From positions 3,930 to 60,049 of the forward strand of contig JBHLLP010000019.1 in the NCBI GenBank assembly GCA_048885525.1: DNA of 56,120 nucleotides, given 5' to 3'. This stretch comes from Candidatus Hermodarchaeota archaeon (lineage in GTDB: Archaea; Asgardarchaeota; Lokiarchaeia; Sigyniarchaeales; SOKP01). Of the stretch, positions 48,813 to 56,120 are shown piece after piece; positions within the stretch are counted from its first letter, which is position 1, and each line of letters begins with the position of its first letter. Under the pieces are notes generated by a model. The model saw only the letters and a program-made list of their open reading frames with translations. It ran no database searches and was not told where the DNA came from. A program made the translations under genes and the position numbers.

Positions 48813-49490
48813 TCAATGTTCTTGTACTTCTTTTAAGGTATCTAGTATTTCAGTAATTTCTTCTTTTTTACGATATCTTTTAAATATTCTTTTATAACTT
48901 TTAACTGATTTTTTAATTAATTCTATTGTTTCTTTTGGAATATCATCTTCAGAAATTTCAATATTCTGGGTCATTAAATCTAACCCTACAGTCAATTTAT
49001 ATGGCTCTGAAAAGCTCTTTTTAGTAAAAGTTCTTATGAGTGAAGATTTGCCAACTGCAGCTGCTCCAGCGAGTAAGATTTTAAATCTAAAATGATTTGA
49101 ATCTACAATTTCTCCAAGACGTGGTTTTAAATCCAATAATGCTGTAATAGCGAATCGGTAAAATAATTTCTCAACATTTTCATTCTCTAAAGCGGAAGTT
49201 TCGATATATTCGAATAAGTAATATTGATTTACTTTTTCTATGATTTTTTCTTTAGGTATCATTTCTCCTATATCTTTTTTTAAATCAATCTTATTACCAA
49301 TTAAAAAAATCGGAATATTACCAGATATATCTCGGATTTCATTAAAATATTCATCTATTTGACTAAAAGTATCGGAACGACTTAGATCAAAAACTAATCC
49401 TAAAACTGCAACACCTTTGAAAAAATCAGTCTTAAAAAAATCAAATCGTTCTTGTCCTCCCGTATCCCATAGTGATAATGTGACTTTCAA
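48813..49490 (-). CDS. circularly permuted Rab-like small GTPase (G3-G4-G5-G1-G2)
   Basis: Motif order WDTGGQERF, GNKID, ETSA, then GAAAVGKS, TVGLD. Confidence 0.85.
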   Translation of the reverse strand: MKVTLSLWDTGGQERFDFFKTDFFKGVAVLGLVFDLSRSDTFSQIDEYFNEIRDISGNIPIFLIGNKIDLKKDIGEMIPKEKIIEKVNQYYLFEYIETSALENENVEKLFYRFAITALLDLKPRLGEIVDSNHFRFKILLAGAAAVGKSSLIRTFTKKSFSEPYKLTVGLDLMTQNIEISEDDIPKETIELIKKSVKSYKRIFKRYRKKEEITEILDTLKEVQEH

Positions 49491-49509
49491 TTAATTATCA
49501 TCCCTCTAT

Positions 49510-50220
49510 TCATTTTATTGGTTCCCAGATACCGATGTATTCATCAAAAATATTGTAGATTTTATTAAATCCCATAGCTTTATAAAAATCTTTAAGACTT
49601 TTTTTGTTATGATTCCATTGTGATCTTTTTTTAAATGTATTAATACCATCGTTATCTAAGAAGAAGAAATCAGCAATTTTGAATAAAGTTTTTGGTAAAT
49701 ATTTTCCTAAGTAGATAACGATCTTTAAAATCTTATCTCGAGCAGAAATCTCTTTAGGATTAACTGTATAAGGTTCACAAATTATTATTTTATTCGCAAT
49801 ATTTTTAGCGATGTTAATTAAATCAATATGTTTTGGATATATATGATGTAAAGTATCACTAATAACAATTACATCCTTTTTTTTGCCTTGATAATGTCGA
49901 AAGTCAAAAATGTTTTTTTGATGTAAGATAATTTTTTCTAATTTAATATTTCTTTTTTTTAATTCCTTGCCTTTAATTCGCTTTAGAAATCGATGATTTA
50001 GATCTACACCCTCATATTCTATCGCAGGATGCAAAAAACGCATCAAATATCCAGTACCACATGGCAAATCCAAAACTCTTTTTGGACCTTTTCCAATTAG
50101 TAACGCAATTGTAAGAAATTTTGTGTCTTGGTTATACAATCTCCTAGTAATTGCGTTATAGAGCCACCCACTCCGGTATAATATACTTCTAAAACGGGTT
50201 AATGCGTTTTTTGATTGCAT
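49510..50220 (-). CDS. class I SAM-dependent methyltransferase
   Basis: VLDLPCGTG, GVDLN, DTLHH. Confidence 0.8.
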   Translation of the reverse strand: MQSKNALTRFRSILYRSGWLYNAITRRLYNQDTKFLTIALLIGKGPKRVLDLPCGTGYLMRFLHPAIEYEGVDLNHRFLKRIKGKELKKRNIKLEKIILHQKNIFDFRHYQGKKKDVIVISDTLHHIYPKHIDLINIAKNIANKIIICEPYTVNPKEISARDKILKIVIYLGKYLPKTLFKIADFFFLDNDGINTFKKRSQWNHNKKSLKDFYKAMGFNKIYNIFDEYIGIWEPIK

Positions 50221-50248
50221 AGTGAAAAAAAATAAATTTGATTTAGGA

Positions 50249-52300
50249 TTAAGGGCGTGGAAGGGAATTCATTTTTTCTTCAACTTTTTTATTCAAATCA
50301 TTTATTTTTTTTTCTAATAATTTAAGCTCTTTATTAATTTCCTCAAATCTACTCTCTTGATCGCTAAGTTTTTTTACATATCTTTCTTTTAAAGCAATTG
50401 ATTGACTATCCTCACCTAAAACAGAAATATTCTCTCTTAGACGAGATTGTTCGTCAGTCATTGTCTCTCTTTCTTCAATTAATTTTTCCTGTGTAACTCT
50501 AAGATCATTTAATGTTTGAATTTGTTCTGCGATCTCTTTCAATTGATTCTCTAAATTAGATTCGATAAACTTCTTTTTGACATAAAAACTAACTCGTTTT
50601 AGTAAATCTTCTTTACTGTAATTCCATAAATATATGCTTGTATAGTTTTCTCTTTGTTCTTTTAATTTAAAGTTTATTGCATCCTTTGGTTTTAAAGATA
50701 TTTTAAATCTCCAATAATTTGTAGTTTCTTCAGGTTCAATAGGTTTCTCTATTATTTTAAAATCGAATGTCTTGGGATGATCAAGATAAAGTTCCTTTTC
50801 TTCATCGGTTTTATTTTTTATTTTATAAGTAGTTGTTGCATTAGTATAATAATATTCGTAAGAATAGCCACTTTCAAAAGTAACTTTATGCACACTTAAA
50901 TTTTCAGATTCCTGGTTATGATTTATTATTACAGCTTGTTCTATAGCAAAATTCAATAACCTTATATCACCTTTGTTTAGGAAAGGGATAATAGCTTCAC
51001 CGGCAAGAGTATCATCATATATAATTGTTGCTGGACCTCTTTCCAGTGTTAGATTAGTGTTATTTGTAATTTCTAGGCAAGCATTTGGATTTTTATCATG
51101 CTCATTTTTATTATAAAGTAAAATTCTTTTTGCCTTAATCGATTCAGTAAGTATTGGAACTAGAGCAGATTGCTTTCTTTTAATTGTTACTGGATTAGAA
51201 ATATTATATTCAAATAATTCTCCTAAATCTTTTGTTTGAGTTTTAACTTGAGATTTTACCTTATCAAAAATTTCATCATCAGACATAATACTTTGATAAG
51301 CACCATAACCAGCTGAAGAAGCGGGTGCAGAAGGAGCTCGACCTCCAACCATAGCAGCTTTAGCTTTTGTCTTCATCGCCATTGGTTTTGCTTCCATTTC
51401 TGCCATGGCATAATCTTCAAATTTCTCAATCTCCAATCCCTCTTCAATTTCTGATGGTCTGGCACTTAAAACTTTGGGTGGTTGGATAACTGGTCTTTGG
51501 ATGAAAATGGGTCTATAAAATTCATAAATAAACGAGACGGGCATACCAGCGACTAAAGATAATTCAATATCTTCCCAATCTTGGTTTGTAGTATTTTCAA
51601 TAAGACTCCAACCAGAAATTAGACACTTTTCCTCTAAAGCTTGCTGCTTACTCATTATTAATCGATAGGATGTTTTCCAGATAGGACTTTCACGAATATA
51701 TGATACAAAAATGTTTCTTTCAATCTCATTATCTCCACCAGATTCACAATTTATTATAATCTTTTTAGCATCTTTCTTTTTTCCTGCAATAACAGTATCC
51801 AAGAAAAATTTTAAATCTTTTTTGATTTCCTCATTCATAATTTCTAAAGAGCGAATTTCTGAGAAGTTATATTTAGTTATCAATCCATCATCTTGATGTA
51901 GAGTTAATGATTTTTCAGTGATTTTTTCTTCTTTACTCAATTTTTCATCGTATTCTATTCCCATTATCTTTCCTGTGATTTTCTTGGCACCACCAATCGT
52001 TAATATTACATCAGCTCCTTTAATTTGTGTCACAAGAGAAGAAAAAGAATCTCGATCTGGAATATTTAACATTATAGATTTTAGTAATTGATTAGTTTCT
52101 AATGCCGCATCATAAGATATCGAGGATATATACCCTTTTTTACTTGTATCGAGTACAAATAGTGATTTTAATACATCATTCATCTCATCAATCTTAAATT
52201 CAATTTCAAATTTACCAGAACCCTTCAAGATCCCTTCGAGAATATAATAAGATACTCCGTGTTTAAATATAATAACTCTTTTTACTTTTAACTTTGACAT
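50249..52300 (-). CDS. DUF4139-like protein with C-terminal coiled coil
   Basis: IFKHGVSY, MNDVLKSL, PIWKTSYRL, ENTTNQDW...LSLVAGMP, GELFEY, QSRLRENI. Confidence 0.75.
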   Translation of the reverse strand: MSKLKVKRVIIFKHGVSYYILEGILKGSGKFEIEFKIDEMNDVLKSLFVLDTSKKGYISSISYDAALETNQLLKSIMLNIPDRDSFSSLVTQIKGADVILTIGGAKKITGKIMGIEYDEKLSKEEKITEKSLTLHQDDGLITKYNFSEIRSLEIMNEEIKKDLKFFLDTVIAGKKKDAKKIIINCESGGDNEIERNIFVSYIRESPIWKTSYRLIMSKQQALEEKCLISGWSLIENTTNQDWEDIELSLVAGMPVSFIYEFYRPIFIQRPVIQPPKVLSARPSEIEEGLEIEKFEDYAMAEMEAKPMAMKTKAKAAMVGGRAPSAPASSAGYGAYQSIMSDDEIFDKVKSQVKTQTKDLGELFEYNISNPVTIKRKQSALVPILTESIKAKRILLYNKNEHDKNPNACLEITNNTNLTLERGPATIIYDDTLAGEAIIPFLNKGDIRLLNFAIEQAVIINHNQESENLSVHKVTFESGYSYEYYYTNATTTYKIKNKTDEEKELYLDHPKTFDFKIIEKPIEPEETTNYWRFKISLKPKDAINFKLKEQRENYTSIYLWNYSKEDLLKRVSFYVKKKFIESNLENQLKEIAEQIQTLNDLRVTQEKLIEERETMTDEQSRLRENISVLGEDSQSIALKERYVKKLSDQESRFEEINKELKLLEKKINDLNKKVEEKMNSLPRP

Positions 52301-52422
52301 AAAATTATTATAGCTTAATAGAAATTTAAATTTTAACGATTTTTTAATAAAATTCTATTTAACCATATTTAAGAAGAAAATAAAATATAAGAACAAAAAG
52401 TAAGTAATTTTTTGTTAAATAA

Positions 52423-52929
52423 TTACAGATTTTTTTCTAGTATCTCCATTATATCCTCTTCTAAAGTGGAAAAATGTTTAGGATTTTCTACTATGACTCC
52501 AATATGTTTACCAGCATTGTTAAAGAAGTAAAAAGTGGGAATTGCTTTTAAATCAAACTTTGGATCAGTTGCTTCTGGTGGTGAGCGTTTTTCGTGCCAA
52601 ATAGTTTCTCCAGGTTTATGCAATGCATTTTTCATTATCCCATATAAAATTTTAAGGGTAATATCTTTTGAATTAATGAGTTTTACTAACTTTATCATTC
52701 TAGGTATATTTCTTGAACAATCGGGACACCAATCAGCGCCTAAAGCAAGAATTTTTAATTTTTCTTTCTTACTTTTTAGAAATTTTCCAATTTTTTCAAG
52801 TACTTCTGGTAGAGGTTCATAGCTTTCATAGACTTTATTAAGTTTATCTCCATAAATTTCTAAGTATTCATTGGAGGTAATAGTTGGAGATATTAGTTCA
52901 TTCCACTGTAAATCACTTATCAGGTTCAT
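52423..52929 (-). CDS. thioredoxin-fold protein
   Basis: GADWCPDC, cis-Pro motif AIPTF. Confidence 0.85.
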   Translation of the reverse strand: MNLISDLQWNELISPTITSNEYLEIYGDKLNKVYESYEPLPEVLEKIGKFLKSKKEKLKILALGADWCPDCSRNIPRMIKLVKLINSKDITLKILYGIMKNALHKPGETIWHEKRSPPEATDPKFDLKAIPTFYFFNNAGKHIGVIVENPKHFSTLEEDIMEILEKNL

Positions 52930-53092
52930 ATTTATTATTTAAATTACTTGTTTTATAAAAATTATTTTAATGAATCATAAAATTTTATAATTTAAACTTT
53001 CATTAACTTAAATAGATTATAAGAAAAACAAAAATAATGAACTTTTACTTACTTTATAGTATCTTTATTAAAACATAGTTTGGTGTTCTCAA

Positions 53093-54922
53093 ATTTTATA
53101 TTCCTTTAGAGGAAATATATTAAGAATTGATCTTACAAATAATGATATTTCTATTGAGTCTTTAGATGAAGGAATCGCAAAACATTTCTTAGGAGGAGCT
53201 GGATATGCTTGTCGTTATCTATATGATAAATTAGAACGAAATACAGATCCTCTTTCTCCAGAGAATATTTTGATGATAATGACAGGTCCACTTAATGGAA
53301 CTTTTGCCCCAAATACAGGAAGATGGGTAATCTGTTCTAAATCACCATTAACTGGAATTTGGGGGGAATCAAATTGTGGCAGTTGGTTTGGGGCCGAAGT
53401 GAAGAAAGCAGGATACGATGGTATAGAAATAATTGGTGCTGCAGAAAAACCTATTTATGTTGAAATAAAAGATGATGACATTCAAATTAAAAATGCTGAG
53501 TTAATATGGGGAAAGGGCACATTTGAAACCACCATAAAGCTTAAAAAAAGTTTTGGAAATGATAAAGCAAAGGTTACTTGTATAGGATTAGCTGGAGAAA
53601 ATTTAGTAAAGTATGCAAATGTAATATCAGAGCAAAGAGCTGCAGGAAGAACTGGTATGGGTGCCATTTTTGGTTCAAAAAAACTAAAAGCTATCATTGC
53701 AAAGGGTTCTAACATAGAACTCACAGTTGCAAACAAAGAAAAATTGGATAATGCAATAAAAATCGCAAGAGATTACATTAAATCCTCATTTGCGACTCAA
53801 ATGTTAGGTAAGTACGGAACTGCTGCCGCTCTTGATATGTATAATGTTACAGGTGAATTATCTACGAAATATCATACTACATCTAAATGGGTAAATTCAG
53901 GGAATATTTCAGGAGTAACTATGGCAGAAACTATATTAGTACGACAAGCATTTTGCCATTCTTGTGTAATAGGTTGTGGTAGGATTATCGAAATTAAAGA
54001 AGGGAAATATAAAACAGATCAAATAAAAGGTCCTGAATATGAAACAATTTGCGGATTTGGCAGTCTTATTTTAAATGATAATCTAAAATCAATAGCTCAC
54101 TTTAATAAAATATGTAATGATTTTGGAATTGATACAGTTAGTACGAGTGGAGTGATTGCTAGTTTATTTTATCATTATAAGATGGATAATTTAAAATCAA
54201 AAGATTTAGATGGAATAGAACTTGAATGGGGAAAAATTGATAAAGTTAAACCATTATTAAAAAAAATTGCTAATAGAGAAGGAGTAGGGAATATCCTTGC
54301 TGAAGGTTCTAATTCCCTAGCTAAGAAATTTAATATTAATTTGGAAGAAATTGCATCAGTCAATAATTTGGAAGTAACTTATCATGATTGTCGTTCTAAC
54401 TATGGAATGTCAATTGCGTATGGAATAGGGCCCCGTGGTCCTTCTCATAATGCCTGTGATACGTATTATATATTAATGGGTATTCCCTTAGAAGAACTAG
54501 GTATTAAACAAATTGACACCTATAAAGATGATATGGAAATGGCAGAATGCTGCTCTTTACTCATGGATTATAGAGCATTATATAGCTCAATGATAATGTG
54601 TTCTTTTTGTAATCCTTTACCATCCCAAAATGCTGAAATGATTAAGTATGCAACAGGATTAGATTTTAGGCTAAAGGAAGTCAAGTTATATGGAGAAAGA
54701 ATTGCAAACATGAAAAGAATTTTTAATATTAAAATGGGGTTGACTCCTTTAGATGAAAAAATTCCCCAAATCTTGTTGAAACCATTCGAAACTGGTGGGT
54801 CTGTAGGAAGATTTCCTAATTTTAATAGGTTAAAAAATCTTTTTTATGAACATCGAATGTGGGATGCTAATACAGGGTTGCCTGAATCAAAGAAACTTAG
54901 CTCGCTAAATTTAAAATTATAA
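53093..54922 (+). CDS. aor: tungsten-dependent aldehyde:ferredoxin oxidoreductase family
   Basis: KSPLTG, ESNCG, AGYDG, GRTGMGA..GSKKLKA, CHSCVIGC, GPEYET, GIDT. The conserved N-terminus (GNILRIDLT, FLGGAG, DPLSPEN) lies upstream of the track start, from ATT 53093. Confidence 0.9.
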   Translation: MLYSFRGNILRIDLTNNDISIESLDEGIAKHFLGGAGYACRYLYDKLERNTDPLSPENILMIMTGPLNGTFAPNTGRWVICSKSPLTGIWGESNCGSWFGAEVKKAGYDGIEIIGAAEKPIYVEIKDDDIQIKNAELIWGKGTFETTIKLKKSFGNDKAKVTCIGLAGENLVKYANVISEQRAAGRTGMGAIFGSKKLKAIIAKGSNIELTVANKEKLDNAIKIARDYIKSSFATQMLGKYGTAAALDMYNVTGELSTKYHTTSKWVNSGNISGVTMAETILVRQAFCHSCVIGCGRIIEIKEGKYKTDQIKGPEYETICGFGSLILNDNLKSIAHFNKICNDFGIDTVSTSGVIASLFYHYKMDNLKSKDLDGIELEWGKIDKVKPLLKKIANREGVGNILAEGSNSLAKKFNINLEEIASVNNLEVTYHDCRSNYGMSIAYGIGPRGPSHNACDTYYILMGIPLEELGIKQIDTYKDDMEMAECCSLLMDYRALYSSMIMCSFCNPLPSQNAEMIKYATGLDFRLKEVKLYGERIANMKRIFNIKMGLTPLDEKIPQILLKPFETGGSVGRFPNFNRLKNLFYEHRMWDANTGLPESKKLSSLNLKL

Positions 54923-54934
54923 ATAGAAATAGGA

Positions 54935-55462
54935 TTAGTGCGAATCCCTATTTTTAAGTATTAATTTTGTTAGAAGACTAAAGATTTTATGAATATTCTC
55001 ACCAGTTTTGGAACTACACTCGAAAAATCCATCTGCTCCCTTAATCATTGCTAAATCCATTGCCTTTTTTGTAGAAACTTCCTTTAAATGCATTAAATCA
55101 GTCTTTCCACCAACAAAGACGATTGGTATTTTATAGTTAATTTCTTTCTCAACAATTTCAAACCAATCATCTACATGGGCAAGTGAACCATAATTTGTAA
55201 TATCATACATAAAGACAGCTCCATTGGCTCCTCTAATGTAAGAGGGAAATAGAAATCTAAATCGTTCTTCTCCCGCAAAATCCCATATCTGCAATTTCAC
55301 CATCTCTCCATCTGATTCAATAGCTTTAAGGTGAAAATCTACACCAATAGTCATAGTAATATCTTCTTTAAATAAATTCGTTAAAAATCTATGAGTTAAC
55401 GTTGTTTTGCCAGTCTGACTTTCTCCAAATATTACAATCTTAAACGTGGAAGTGTAGGACAA
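54935..55462 (-). CDS. Rab/Ras-like small GTPase
   Basis: GESQTGKT, TIGVDF, WDFAGEERF, GKTD, ECSSK. Confidence 0.9.
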   Translation of the reverse strand: MSYTSTFKIVIFGESQTGKTTLTHRFLTNLFKEDITMTIGVDFHLKAIESDGEMVKLQIWDFAGEERFRFLFPSYIRGANGAVFMYDITNYGSLAHVDDWFEIVEKEINYKIPIVFVGGKTDLMHLKEVSTKKAMDLAMIKGADGFFECSSKTGENIHKIFSLLTKLILKNRDSH

Positions 55463-55619
55463 CCCAAATACCCAATGATTTTGATTATTATACCCAATTC
55501 TATAGGTTTATATCTGGTGTTATATATAAATATAATTTTAGACTTTAAATATTTTACATTAAATTCAAATTTCTAAGAATTTCTAATGATTTTAATTTTC
55601 TACTATAACTTATTGCGTT

Positions 55620-56120
55620 TTACTCAATGTGTTTAATGAGTTTTCTAAGTAGAAAGACTGCTCCTTCTTTATCTAAAGGTGAATTATTATTTCCGCATTT
55701 AGGACTAAGACAGCAGCAAGGACAACCATCAAGACTTTCACATTTACAAGAATCAACCAAGTTATAAGTTAATTCTAATAATTCACTTAAATTGTGATAG
55801 AGTGCTTCTGATATACCAATACCTCCTCTATAAGCATCATAAATATAGATTATAGGTTCCTGTTTGACGGGATCAAAATCGATTGAAACACCACCTAAAT
55901 CCCATCGAGAAATTTGAGCTAATGCAGGAGCTATCGCAATCATTGCATGTTCTATAGCATGAATTGTTCCTCCAAGGTCATATCCAGCTAATTCCAATTC
56001 TTTTTGATATTCAAATGGAATGAAAAACCAAACGGCTTGGGTTTCGAATTCTATAATAGGTATATCATCCAAAGTGTGCCTTGAGCGTGTTTCTTGAGTT
56101 AATGTATCAATAACTTTATA
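55620..56120 (-). CDS. Hrq1/MrfA-like DEAD/DEAH helicase, C-terminal DUF1998 region (5'-truncated by window)
   Basis: HAIEHA, DLGG, IYD...GGIG, C.C..GCP.C..SPKCGN.N.PLDK; frame open to 56120. Confidence 0.85.
   Translation of the reverse strand, partial: YKVIDTLTQETRSRHTLDDIPIIEFETQAVWFFIPFEYQKELELAGYDLGGTIHAIEHAMIAIAPALAQISRWDLGGVSIDFDPVKQEPIIYIYDAYRGGIGISEALYHNLSELLELTYNLVDSCKCESLDGCPCCCLSPKCGNNNSPLDKEGAVFLLRKLIKHIE

Noticed and set aside
157-54363. Short ORFs overlapping longer genes, antisense or out of frame (e.g. 157-579, 1933-2196, 4050-4385, 18136-18444, 28976-29272, 29044-29235, 29230-29571, 36930-37289, 53482-53736)
   Set aside because: They are shadow frames of well-supported genes and have no motifs of their own.
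1-56120. Mobile elements, tRNA genes, defence systems
   Set aside because: No transposase or integrase ORF, cloverleaf or cas-like gene was recognised by eye. Split or permuted tRNAs cannot be fully excluded without a covariance search.

Overview
AT-rich archaeal chromosomal window, most consistent with an Asgard archaeon (Lokiarchaeia-like). This is inferred from four Rab/Ras-like small GTPases, a longin+roadblock protein, ribosomal protein eL22, form III RuBisCO with R15P isomerase, and archaeal aIF1A, Spt5, aIF2-gamma and a TFS/RpoM-like gene. Most of the roughly 50 CDS are housekeeping or metabolic. Two bulge-helix-bulge (BHB) RNA-processing signals that the ORF track cannot show stand out. 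(1) A circularly permuted 5S rRNA gene (32951-33101, 3' half before 5' half) sits in a 14-bp inverted repeat with a BHB-like motif; its cleavage and ligation would rebuild the conserved helix III/loop C and give a circular 5S rRNA. It also carries a ~27-30 nt loop-D insertion. (2) A 30-nt stop-containing hairpin insertion splits the P-loop lysine codon of aIF2-gamma with BHB geometry, i.e. a probable archaeal-type mRNA intron. Other notable items are a circularly permuted (G3-G4-G5-G1-G2) small GTPase, several genes apparently starting at ATT/ATC, a perfect 131-bp inverted repeat shared by two acyl-CoA dehydrogenase paralogues, a ~230-aa Met-rich insert in an ABC ATPase domain, and a 35-aa tandem-repeat protein. 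All family calls come from motif recognition by eye; no database searches were run.
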